NCBI RefSeq assembly: GCF_030531065.1
Contig: NZ_JAUNOQ010000006.1
Location: 89,045-153,044, forward strand
Length of the DNA: 64,000 bases
DNA from: Phascolarctobacterium sp.
GTDB taxonomy: Bacteria > Bacillota > Negativicutes > Acidaminococcales > Acidaminococcaceae
Direction: 5' to 3'
How positions within the stretch are numbered: position 1 is the first letter of the stretch; each line of letters begins with the position of its first letter. Positions 1 through 8,837 of the stretch are shown here, piece by piece. The notes beneath the pieces are model-generated. The model was not told where the DNA came from, ran no database searches, and was given only the letters and a program-made list of their open reading frames with translations. The position numbers and the translations under genes are program-made.

Positions 1-462
1 CCGGAAATTCCCGGCAATACTGGCAATATCGCGCGGCTGTGCGCCGCTACGGGCTGCCATCTGCATTTAGTGCGGCCGCTGGGCTTTTCGGTGGACGATA
101 AATATTTAAAGCGCGCCGGGCTGGACTACTGGCATTTGGTGGATATCCATTATTATGACAGCGTATACGAGGTGTTGGAAAAGTACAGGAGCAATTCCAA
201 ATTTTTGCTGACGACCAAGGCGCACAAATCCTACGCCGATGTGCGCTACGACGCGGACAGCCTGCTGATTTTCGGCAAGGAAACAGCCGGGCTTCCGGAA
301 AAGCTGCGGCAGGAATATGCGGACAGCTGCGTGCGCATTCCCATGATCGAGGAGGCGCGTTCGCTGAATTTATCCAATTCCGTGGCTATCGTGGCTTATG
401 AAGCGCTGCGTCAGGTGGATAATTTTGCCGGGCTGACTCTTTATGGAGGCGAATATAAGTGA
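1..462 (+). CDS. trmL: tRNA (cytidine(34)-2'-O)-methyltransferase, SPOUT family; 5'-truncated by window edge
   Basis: Frame 1 is open from base 1 (PEIPGNTGNIARLC); SPOUT motifs FGKETAGLP and RSLNLSNSVAIVAYEALRQ. Confidence 0.93.
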   Translation, partial: PEIPGNTGNIARLCAATGCHLHLVRPLGFSVDDKYLKRAGLDYWHLVDIHYYDSVYEVLEKYRSNSKFLLTTKAHKSYADVRYDADSLLIFGKETAGLPEKLRQEYADSCVRIPMIEEARSLNLSNSVAIVAYEALRQVDNFAGLTLYGGEYK

Positions 463-821
463 TTATCATTAAAGAATTTGATTTTGACGCGGCGCATTAC
501 CTGCCGGCTTATAACGGCAAGTGCGAGCATCTGCACGGGCACACCTATAAGCTGGTGGTGAAGGTGGAAGGCACGCCCGACTACGAGGGTATGGTTATCG
601 ATTTTATCAAATTAAAAAATTTGGTGAAGCAGGAGGTGCTGGCGCAGTTGGACCACGCCTGCATCAACGATATTATCCCCGTGCCGTCGGCGGAAAACAT
701 TTGCGTGTGGATTTGGCGCAGGCTGGAGCCGCTGCTGCAAAGCGAGCGTTACCATTTATATGAAGTAGAAGTGTGGGAAACGCGCACCAGCGGTTGCGTG
801 TACAGAGGTGAAGCGCTGTGA
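459..821 (+). CDS. queD: 6-carboxytetrahydropterin synthase / PTPS family (CExxHGH, PTPS-I/III type)
   Basis: FDAAHYL...CEHLHGHTY, DH, PSAENI, VWET motifs of the T-fold PTPS family. Confidence 0.9.
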   Translation: MIIIKEFDFDAAHYLPAYNGKCEHLHGHTYKLVVKVEGTPDYEGMVIDFIKLKNLVKQEVLAQLDHACINDIIPVPSAENICVWIWRRLEPLLQSERYHLYEVEVWETRTSGCVYRGEAL

Positions 822-1582
822 AGGACGTACAAAGCGAAAAGGATCTGCGCCACATCCCCTTGAAGCATGTGGGCATTAAGAACCTGCGCTGGCCCATCGA
901 GCTGATGGACAAGGAGCGCGGTACGCAGCACAGCGTGGCGAACGTGACGCTGGCCGTGGATTTGCCTCACGATTTGCGCGGCACGCACATGAGCCGTTTT
1001 GTGGAGTGCCTGCGTACCCTGGGGCCGGTGGGCTTAAACGAGATTGAAAATATTTTGGATAAACTCAAGGAGCATTTGCAGGCGGAAAAGGCGTTCATGC
1101 AGCTGGAGTTCCCGTACTTTATTACGAAGGCCGCGCCGGTCAGCGGCATGACCGCGCCCATGGATATGGACTGCGTGTATAAGGCGGAAAAGGGCGAGCG
1201 CTTTAAGCTGCGTATTACGGCCGTGGTGCCGGTGCAGACGTTGTGCCCCTGCTCGAAGGAAATCAGCGATTACGGCGCGCATAACCAAAGGGCGTGGGCG
1301 AAAATGGAAATCGAAGCAAGCGAATTGGTGTGGCTGGAGGAATTAGCCGCTTTAGCTGACGCCGCCGCGAGCGCGCCCGTGTACGGCTTGTTGAAGCGTC
1401 CCGATGAAAAGTTCGTCACCGAACGCGCCTACGATAACCCCCGCTTTGTGGAGGACGCCGTGCGCGAGATTGCCTTGCGCCTGGAGGCCGACAAGCGCAT
1501 TACCTGGTACCGCGCCGAGGTGGAAAGCGTGGAAAGCATTCACAACCATAACGCTTTCGCCGTTGTAGAAAAGGGTGAGTGA
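818..1582 (+). CDS. folE2: GTP cyclohydrolase I type B (FolE2)
   Basis: DVQS, RGTHMSRF, TLCPCSKEIS, AHNQR, NPRFVED, ESIHNHNA motifs. Confidence 0.93.
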   Translation: MKDVQSEKDLRHIPLKHVGIKNLRWPIELMDKERGTQHSVANVTLAVDLPHDLRGTHMSRFVECLRTLGPVGLNEIENILDKLKEHLQAEKAFMQLEFPYFITKAAPVSGMTAPMDMDCVYKAEKGERFKLRITAVVPVQTLCPCSKEISDYGAHNQRAWAKMEIEASELVWLEELAALADAAASAPVYGLLKRPDEKFVTERAYDNPRFVEDAVREIALRLEADKRITWYRAEVESVESIHNHNAFAVVEKGE

Positions 1583-1583
1583 A

Positions 1584-2774
1584 ATGCTGCTGAAGATTAA
1601 CAGAGAGCTTTTGCCCGAAGCCATAGGCAGCGTGGGCGCGAACGCGGCCAGCCTGCCGATTTTTGCCAATAAGTCCGAGATACTGCCCTATAAGCTGGTG
1701 CAGGTGCGTACTCCGGCCGCGAATATTTTAAAGCAGGAAATGCTGGCTGCCGGCGGCGACGCCGTGGTGCCTGCGGGCTGCATAATTAACGCCGCTAAAT
1801 ACGTCGACGTCGTGCTTTTGGGTACGCGCAAGCATTATAATTTGCTACTGCGCAAGCTGGCGCTGATGCCGTACTTTGGCCTGCAGCAGATAGCGGAGGA
1901 ATTGCAGGCCGTTTTGCAGCCTGCGCCGCTTTATACAACGCTGGCTGACGGCAGAAGACTGACCTACGAGCAGCTGTGCGTCATGGGCATTTTAAATATT
2001 ACGCCCGATTCCTTTTACGCAGGCAGCCGCGTGTCCCTGCAGGAGGTAGTGGAGCGCGCAGGCCGGATGCTGAACGAGGGCGCTGGCATTCTGGATATCG
2101 GCGGCGAGTCCACTCGTCCGGGCAGCGACAGCGTGGATGTGGAGGAGGAACGCCGCCGCGTGATGCCGGTAATTACCGAGCTGCGCCGGGTCTATCCCCA
2201 GGCGGTGCTGTCCATAGATACCTACCATGCGGCTACGGCGGCGCTGGCGCTGGCGGCGGGCGCGGACATTATCAACGATATCAGCGCTATGGAGGCCGAC
2301 CCGCAGATGCTGGAGGTGGCGGTGCGCAATAAGGCGCCCATCATTTTGATGCACATGCGCGGCACGCCGAAAAATATGCAGCAGAGCTGCGAATACGCCG
2401 ACGTGGTGCAGGAGGTAGCCGTGTATTTGGCGCGGCGGGCGCAGCTTTTGCGCGAGCGCGGCGTGGGCGCGGATAAAATCATTCTTGACCCCGGTATCGG
2501 CTTTGCCAAAACCGTGGAGCAAAACCTGCTTTTGATGCGCGATTTGCAAGCGCTGACCAGCTTTGGCTACCCTGTGCTGCTGGCGGCGTCGCGCAAGAGT
2601 ACCATAGGCGCGGTGCTGGGCGGCGTGCCGGCGGAGGAACGATTAGAGGGGACGATTGCGACCAGCCTGCAGGCAGTGTACGCGGGGGCGCAGCTGGTGC
2701 GCGTCCACGACGTCCGGGAAAACGTGCGGGCGATCAGAATGCTGGAGGCAATTAAAAATGTGCGGCAGCAATGA
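1584..2774 (+). CDS. folP: Dihydropteroate synthase with ~130-aa N-terminal extra domain
   Basis: MGILNITPDSFY, DIGGESTRPG, DPGIGFAK, SRKS, VRVHDV; extra N-terminal ILKQE..GGD domain. Confidence 0.93.
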   Translation: MLLKINRELLPEAIGSVGANAASLPIFANKSEILPYKLVQVRTPAANILKQEMLAAGGDAVVPAGCIINAAKYVDVVLLGTRKHYNLLLRKLALMPYFGLQQIAEELQAVLQPAPLYTTLADGRRLTYEQLCVMGILNITPDSFYAGSRVSLQEVVERAGRMLNEGAGILDIGGESTRPGSDSVDVEEERRRVMPVITELRRVYPQAVLSIDTYHAATAALALAAGADIINDISAMEADPQMLEVAVRNKAPIILMHMRGTPKNMQQSCEYADVVQEVAVYLARRAQLLRERGVGADKIILDPGIGFAKTVEQNLLLMRDLQALTSFGYPVLLAASRKSTIGAVLGGVPAEERLEGTIATSLQAVYAGAQLVRVHDVRENVRAIRMLEAIKNVRQQ

Positions 2775-3270
2775 GCCTGCAAAGAATAAGCGGCATACGG
2801 CCTATGTGGCGCTGGGCAGCAATTTGGGCGATAAAGAAGCGCATCTGCGCCGGGCGCTGTTGCTTTTGCTGCAGCAGGGCGTAGAAGTAGAACGCGTTTC
2901 TTCTTTTATTATTACGGAGCCTTACGGCGTGACGGACCAGCCGCAGTTTTTAAACGGCGTGTGCCGCGTGCGCACTGTGTTGCCGCCGTTGGCGCTTTTG
3001 CGTACGCTTTTGGCGGTAGAACGGCAGATGGGGCGCGTGCGTTTGCGCCGTTGGGGCGAGCGCAATATCGATTTGGATTTGTTGCTTTACGAAGATGTGC
3101 TGCTGGACACGCCGGAGTTGCGCTTGCCCCACCCCGATATGCAGAACAGGGATTTTGTTTTGCTGCCCCTGGCGGAAATCGCCCCCACTTTGCAGCATCC
3201 TACGCTGCATAAAAGCATGGCGCAGCTCCAGGAAGAGCTTTTAGCTAAAGCGTTTGCCGGGCGGGCGTGA
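2758..3270 (+). CDS. folK: 2-amino-4-hydroxy-6-hydroxymethyldihydropteridine diphosphokinase
   Basis: YVALGSNLG, QPQFLN, RWGERNIDLDLL, LPHP motifs; start placed at ATG 2758 by overlap with folP. Confidence 0.92.
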   Translation: MCGSNEPAKNKRHTAYVALGSNLGDKEAHLRRALLLLLQQGVEVERVSSFIITEPYGVTDQPQFLNGVCRVRTVLPPLALLRTLLAVERQMGRVRLRRWGERNIDLDLLLYEDVLLDTPELRLPHPDMQNRDFVLLPLAEIAPTLQHPTLHKSMAQLQEELLAKAFAGRA

Positions 3271-3305
3271 CGGCTAAATTTAGAGAAAACGAAAGAAGCA
3301 AGACT

Positions 3306-4526
3306 ATGGATATTTCATTAGACGTTTTATTAAAGCGGTTTACCGCTTACGCGCAAATCGACACTACCTCGGACGATAAATCCGCGTCCTTTCCCAGTGC
3401 GGAGCGCGAGCTGGATTTAGCGCGCTATTTGGCGGACGAGCTGCGGCGCGTTGGCTTGAGCGAGGTAGAAATGACGCAATATGGCTACGTGCTGGCGACG
3501 CTGCCTGCCAACGGCGCGGACGACGCGCCTGTCATAGGGCTTATCGCCCATATGGATACCAGCTGCGAAGCCAGCGGCGCTAACGTGCAGGTAAAGCTGC
3601 ATAAAAATTACGACGGCGGCAGTATTAAGCTGAACGCGCGGGACGAGCTGCGCCCGGAGGATTTCCCGGAGCTGCTGCATTACGTGGGGCAGGATATCAT
3701 TACCTCCGACGGCACGACGCTGCTGGGCGCGGACGATAAGGCAGGCATCTGCGCTATCGTTACGGCCTGCGAATATCTGCTGGCGCATCCCGAAATTACA
3801 CACGGCAAGCTGCGTCTGGCCTTTACGCCGGACGAAGAGGTGGGGCGCGGCACGGAGCATTTTCCGCTGGCAAAATTTGGCGCGGATTTTGCCTACACCG
3901 TCGACGGCGGCGCAGTGGGCGAGCTGAATTACGAAACCTTTAACGCCTGCAACGCGCATATTGTTTTTCATGGCGTCTCCGTCCATCCGGGCAGCGCGAA
4001 AAATAAAATGCGCAACGCCGTGACCATGGCCGCCGAATGGCAGCTGGCGCTGCCCATGGGCGAGCGTCCGGAATACACAGAGGGCTATGAGGGCTTTTAT
4101 CATACGCTGCGCATTGCTGGCGGTACGGATAAAGTAGAAATAGACATGATTCTGCGCGACCACGATAAGCAGATTTTAGAGCAGCGCAAGGAATATTTGC
4201 TGGGCTTGGCTCGCTTTATGCAGCAAAAGTACGGCGCAGGCACGGTGGAATGCGAGCTGAAGGATTGCTACTGCAATATGAAGGAATACATTATGCCCGT
4301 ATTTGAAATTGTGGAGCGCGCCGAGGCCGCCATGCGCACTGCTGGCGTGGAACCGGCGCTGACGCCGGTACGCGGCGGTACGGACGGTTCGCTGCTGTCG
4401 GCAATGGGGCTGCCCTGCCCCAATATTTTTACCGGCGGACATAATTTCCACGGGCGCTTTGAATATTTGCCTTTGCAATCGTTGCAAAAGCTGGTGGAGG
4501 TTTTGGTAAATCTGACGATGGCGTGA
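3306..4526 (+). CDS. pepT: Peptidase T (tripeptide aminopeptidase, M20B)
   Basis: AHMDT, LLGADDKAG, FTPDEEVG, RGGTDG, PNIFTGGHNFHG motifs. Confidence 0.93.
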   Translation: MDISLDVLLKRFTAYAQIDTTSDDKSASFPSAERELDLARYLADELRRVGLSEVEMTQYGYVLATLPANGADDAPVIGLIAHMDTSCEASGANVQVKLHKNYDGGSIKLNARDELRPEDFPELLHYVGQDIITSDGTTLLGADDKAGICAIVTACEYLLAHPEITHGKLRLAFTPDEEVGRGTEHFPLAKFGADFAYTVDGGAVGELNYETFNACNAHIVFHGVSVHPGSAKNKMRNAVTMAAEWQLALPMGERPEYTEGYEGFYHTLRIAGGTDKVEIDMILRDHDKQILEQRKEYLLGLARFMQQKYGAGTVECELKDCYCNMKEYIMPVFEIVERAEAAMRTAGVEPALTPVRGGTDGSLLSAMGLPCPNIFTGGHNFHGRFEYLPLQSLQKLVEVLVNLTMA

Positions 4527-4584
4527 GGGGCGGAAACGAAAAGTAAATTTAGGGTGGCTTGGCGCTAATCTTTTAAGTGATGAT

Positions 4585-4628
4585 GCTGGAGCTTTGGTTT
4601 TATGACTGAAGCTCCGGCGTTATTTTTT
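4585..4628 (+). terminator. Intrinsic terminator after pepT
   Basis: GCTGGAGCTTTGGT...ACTGAAGCTCCGGC stem followed by a T-rich run. Confidence 0.6.
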
Positions 4629-4691
4629 TATTTACTAAACGCTTACAAAAACGAAAAAATTGAAGCAGCTCGCGCGTTAGCGCGACAATAC

Positions 4692-4742
4692 AAAAGTGCT
4701 CGATGCACTTTTGGTTGACCGGGGGGGACAAGCGTGTATAAT
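4692..4742 (+). promoter_or_regulatory. Sigma70/SigA-type promoter of the adhesin, with upstream palindrome and G7 tract in the spacer
   Basis: AAAAGTGC-TCGAT-GCACTTTT (4692-4712), TTGACC (4715-4720), GGGGGGG (4721-4727), TATAAT (4737-4742); 16-bp spacer. Confidence 0.6.
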
Positions 4743-4905
4743 AAAAGGGAAACAAGGTATGTTTTGAGAACTGTTTTTGTTGTCACCGTAGGTGACTGGC
4801 GAGTGGACGTTATTCTACGGTAGCATGCTGTAGTAAATCTTTAATTACCCATTTGATTTATTTACATAAAGGCTGTAGCCGATATTTTAGATTGGAGGGC
4901 GTGTT

Positions 4906-7900
4906 ATGAACAAGATATTCAAAGTGGTGTGGAACAAGGCGCGGGGCTGCTACGTGGTGGCGTCCGAATTTGCCAAGAGCCGCACAAAAAGCGGCAGGGC
5001 GGCGAAGGCCGCAGCCGTGGCGGTAGCGGCGGCATTGACGTTGGGGATGAACGGGCTGGCGCTGGCGGCTAATGGTGCTGGCACTGAATATAGTGAAGAT
5101 TATTCTGCTACTGCAACGCATAAAACTGATATAGCTGTTGGTAATGACGCTAAGGCTGGAGAAAAAATATATCAATATGAAAATGGAAAAGATTGTCCTG
5201 ATGTTGGCAAAAGTACGGCGGTAGGCGATGGGGCTGTAGCGGAAGATTATCGCAGTACGGCGATAGGTTCAGGAGCTTACGCATCAGGAGCGCTTTATAC
5301 AAATCATACTGAAAGTGGAGATAAAATTTTTTACGGAGCAAGTACAGCTGTGGGCAGCAACGCTAAGGCTACGAATCACGGCAGCACGGCGTTGGGTAGC
5401 GGCGTGCAAGCTTTAGGCGAAGCGTGGACTGTCACTGTTGGCGAAGGTGCGGATAAAAAAACTTATGTTTATAAGGGCGTAAGTACGGCGATAGGACACG
5501 GTTCTGTGGCGAGAATGTATGCGAGCATAGCCATCGGCGATGAGGGCACGGCTTATGGCGCCAGAAGCATCGCTATGGGTTCGCATGCGCAGACGGGTTT
5601 GCCTATAAAAGCAGACGGTTCGGGTTATAAGAACGAGGAACTTCAAGCGGCTAATGTGGATGGCATAGCAATTGGCACTGATACCGTTTCGAGCGGTAGG
5701 GCTGCGACGGCGCTGGGCGCTAGGTCCGACGCGTCCGGGGAAGCCGGTACTGCTACGGGCGCTTCGTCCATTGCGCAGGGCAGGTTCAGTGCGGCGTATG
5801 GCGCTGAAAGCAAGGCTTACGGGGAAAACGGTGTAGCTATAGGTAATGGCGCGCAAACAGGATTAACGAAAAAGGTAGACCGAGAGGCATATACGGACGA
5901 AGAGCTTAAGACTTTAGAACCGCAAGAGGGAGGAACGGCTGTCGGCACTGACGCCGAAGCGAGCGGCAGAGCAGCTACGGCGCTGGGCGCTAGGTCTACT
6001 GCGTCGGCAGAAGGCAGTACGTCTTTGGGCGCATCGTCAGCAGCGCAGGGTACAAACAGTACTGCGTTAGGCGTGGAAAGCAAAGCTACTGGTATTAGAA
6101 GTACGACAGTGGGCTATAAATCCACAGCTTCTAAGGCTAATAGCACAGCGCTGGGTTACTATTCCCAAGCGACTGGGTACGCCAGTACTGCAGTGGGTAC
6201 GGCTATAGATGAAAAGGATTTTTTTACTAAAGCGTCCGGCGAAAGAAGTACGGCGTTAGGCGCTTCCGCGCAAGCAACGGAAAGAGCAAGCACCGCGACC
6301 GGCGCTAACTCTCACGCAAACGGAGTTGCCAGCGCGGCGTTCGGTTATAAATCTATCGCAGACAAGAATTATGCTTTAGCGGCAGGCTATGAAGCTCATG
6401 CGTATGCAGAAAGTAGCGTAGCTATCGGCAGTTATGCAACCGCTTCCACTGCCAGCAACGTCGCCTTGGGCGCTTTGTCGAACGATTCAGCTGGTACGCT
6501 AGGCTATAAACAAAATACTACTGGGTTGGCATTTAGTGATTCCAACGGAAATAATTATGTAGAAATTAGTAAGTTTGCCGGAACTGGTACTAATGTTATA
6601 GGCACTGTAAGCGTTGGCTATGGCGATAGCAAGCGTACTTTGACTAACGTAGCCGCAGGCTTGATTTCTTCAACCAGCACGGACGCTATTAACGGCAGTC
6701 AGTTATATTATGCGTACCAAGGTTTGCAGGATCAGATAAATACGATCAATACGAAAATTGACGGCAGTACGGGCGGCGGAACAAATCAAGACCACACCGT
6801 AAACGGCAATGATAATAAAAAGCCGAATGATACTACGAATTATGGCGATAAGCCTAGTATAAATAGCGGCGCTTGGACTACTGACGGCAATTTGCTGATT
6901 AGAGGGGACGAGGATACCAACGGTAATACTTCTTACGATATCAGTCTGAATCCCGACCTTGATTTGAACAGCGTGACTTTTAATAAAACTGTTGTGAATG
7001 AAGACGGCGTGAAGTTTGACGAAAATCATTATGTTACTAAGAATGAAATCATGATGGGTAACACCGTAATCAACGACAACAGCGTTAAGGTTGGCGATAT
7101 TACTGTTAATGAAAATAATATCGACATGGGCGGCAATAAGATAATTAACGTTGCTCCCGGTACAGAAGATACTGACGCTGTAAATTACAGCCAGTTGAAA
7201 GAACTGAACCAAAATATCGAAAACAACTCCGTACAAATTAACAAGCTCAAAGGGCGCATCGATAAGGTAGGCGCAGGCGCCGCCGCGTTGGCCGCGCTGC
7301 ACCCGCTGGATTTCGACCCGGACGACAAATTTTACCTGAGCGCCGGTTACGGCAATTATCGCGGCGAAAACGCTGTGGCCGTGGGCGCGTTCTACCAGCC
7401 CAACGACGATACGCTGTTCAGCGTGTCCAGCACCGTGGGTAACGACGACGATATGATTAACGCGGGCGTTACCTGGCGCTTCGGTCAGAGCAGCCACCAA
7501 TCGCGCTCCAAGAAGGCGATGGCGAAGGAAATCATTGAGCTGCGCACGCGCCTGGCTTCGCTGGAGGCGATGATTTACAGCATGGCGGGAGCAGGTCTTG
7601 ACCCCGAAAAGAGCAAGCTCTTCCCGGATACGCCGGAAAACCACTGGGCATACGATTACGTAGCGGTAGTGGCTGGCAACGGCATTCTGGAGGGCTACCC
7701 CAACGGTCAGTTCGACGGCAGCAGGCCGATGACGCGCTACGAAATGGCGGCGGTGGTGTACCGCCTGTTGCAAAAGGGCGTGCAGGTGGACAACCGCATG
7801 ATTCAGGAATTTGCGCCGGAGCTGGCCCGCGTAAGGGTGGACACCTTGACGCATTACAACGACGGTACGCCGCATATCCAGCGTGTGCGCGTAATCAAGG

Positions 7901-7911
7901 ATCGCGGCTAA
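4906..7911 (+). CDS. Trimeric autotransporter adhesin (ESPR signal, Hep/Hag head repeats, YadA stalk and anchor, C-terminal SLH)
   Basis: MNKIFKVVWNKARGCYVVASEFAK ESPR; many STALG/ATALG head repeats; NVAAG..STDAINGSQL and TDAVNYSQL necks; anchor ...AGYGNYRGENAVAVG...GVTWRF; SLH HWAYDYV...GILEGYP..F.GSRPMTRYE. Confidence 0.92.
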   Translation: MNKIFKVVWNKARGCYVVASEFAKSRTKSGRAAKAAAVAVAAALTLGMNGLALAANGAGTEYSEDYSATATHKTDIAVGNDAKAGEKIYQYENGKDCPDVGKSTAVGDGAVAEDYRSTAIGSGAYASGALYTNHTESGDKIFYGASTAVGSNAKATNHGSTALGSGVQALGEAWTVTVGEGADKKTYVYKGVSTAIGHGSVARMYASIAIGDEGTAYGARSIAMGSHAQTGLPIKADGSGYKNEELQAANVDGIAIGTDTVSSGRAATALGARSDASGEAGTATGASSIAQGRFSAAYGAESKAYGENGVAIGNGAQTGLTKKVDREAYTDEELKTLEPQEGGTAVGTDAEASGRAATALGARSTASAEGSTSLGASSAAQGTNSTALGVESKATGIRSTTVGYKSTASKANSTALGYYSQATGYASTAVGTAIDEKDFFTKASGERSTALGASAQATERASTATGANSHANGVASAAFGYKSIADKNYALAAGYEAHAYAESSVAIGSYATASTASNVALGALSNDSAGTLGYKQNTTGLAFSDSNGNNYVEISKFAGTGTNVIGTVSVGYGDSKRTLTNVAAGLISSTSTDAINGSQLYYAYQGLQDQINTINTKIDGSTGGGTNQDHTVNGNDNKKPNDTTNYGDKPSINSGAWTTDGNLLIRGDEDTNGNTSYDISLNPDLDLNSVTFNKTVVNEDGVKFDENHYVTKNEIMMGNTVINDNSVKVGDITVNENNIDMGGNKIINVAPGTEDTDAVNYSQLKELNQNIENNSVQINKLKGRIDKVGAGAAALAALHPLDFDPDDKFYLSAGYGNYRGENAVAVGAFYQPNDDTLFSVSSTVGNDDDMINAGVTWRFGQSSHQSRSKKAMAKEIIELRTRLASLEAMIYSMAGAGLDPEKSKLFPDTPENHWAYDYVAVVAGNGILEGYPNGQFDGSRPMTRYEMAAVVYRLLQKGVQVDNRMIQEFAPELARVRVDTLTHYNDGTPHIQRVRVIKDRG

Positions 7912-7983
7912 GGGCGGCGTAAGAATTTGGCGTTAAGTTTTATGATTGCAGGTTGCAAGTCGTATGCATGGAGGTAGCAGAGC

Positions 7984-8757
7984 ATGAAGAAAAAATTTAT
8001 GACGGTCGCGTTGTGCGGACTGCTGGCGTTTGCCGCCAGCGGTTTCGCCGCAGCAGCCGAGGAAAATAAAACTGCCGCAGCTGAAGAAGCTGTGGCGCAG
8101 GCAGAAATGCAAAATGAAAAAGAGTCGCAGGAAATTACGTTGCGCGTGGCGATTACGGGGCATGAAGCGGGGCGCATCTATAAGGTGACGGACGAGGAGG
8201 GCAACGTGCTGCGCGCGGACCTGGGCAAGCACGGCGGGCGTATGCTGAACCGCCACCCGTTTATGCTGACGGCGGAGGTGGCGCAGGACGAGCAGGGCGA
8301 GGTATTGAAGCTGAAAAAGGTGGAATATGTCGACCCCGCGCCGCTGATTGAAAAGCAGCCGGAAAAGCAAGGGCAGCAGGTAAAAGAAGAAACTCATAAG
8401 GCGGATGATTACCGCGACCACGCTTACGGGCACGATTTAAGCAAGAGCCATCAAAAGCGTTTTTATCAGTACAATATGGCCAACTTGAGCGAAGCTGATT
8501 TGGCGTCGTACAAGAAGGTAGACGTAGCCGCCATCGCGAAGGAAGAGGCGGGGACAAAGGTCGCTTTCGTCGGCAGCGCGGTGCGGACGGTGGAAAAGGA
8601 TAAGGTAATCCGCTTCTGGGGCGGGCCGGTGAAGGGCGGCCACGTGGAAGTAATTATGAACGACGCTTACGTGCCCCTGGGGCAGCGCAGCACGGTGTAC
8701 GGAACGGTGCAGGAAGGCGGCAGGGTGTCGCTGAAGCGTTTGGACAGCGTGGAATAA
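7984..8757 (+). CDS. Secreted hypothetical protein (possibly two small beta-barrel/OB-like domains)
   Basis: Signal peptide MKKKFMTVALCGLLAFAASGFAAA; long ORF with RBS GGAGG. Confidence 0.7.
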   Translation: MKKKFMTVALCGLLAFAASGFAAAAEENKTAAAEEAVAQAEMQNEKESQEITLRVAITGHEAGRIYKVTDEEGNVLRADLGKHGGRMLNRHPFMLTAEVAQDEQGEVLKLKKVEYVDPAPLIEKQPEKQGQQVKEETHKADDYRDHAYGHDLSKSHQKRFYQYNMANLSEADLASYKKVDVAAIAKEEAGTKVAFVGSAVRTVEKDKVIRFWGGPVKGGHVEVIMNDAYVPLGQRSTVYGTVQEGGRVSLKRLDSVE

Positions 8758-8769
8758 ATTAAAAGTATA

Positions 8770-8830
8770 AAAAAGCAGCTTGTCAGTCATTGTGCTTTAA
8801 AGGCACGCGCGGCTGGCAAGCTGCTTTAAT
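8770..8830. terminator. Bidirectional terminator between convergent genes
   Basis: AAAGCAGCTTGTCAGTC...GGCTGGCAAGCTGCTTT inverted repeat. Confidence 0.6.
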
Positions 8831-8837
8831 TTTGTTT

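Noticed and set aside
7500-7911. SLH domain placed after the YadA anchor as a novel architecture
   Set aside because: Trimeric autotransporters with a C-terminal SLH domain are already described in Negativicutes such as Veillonella.
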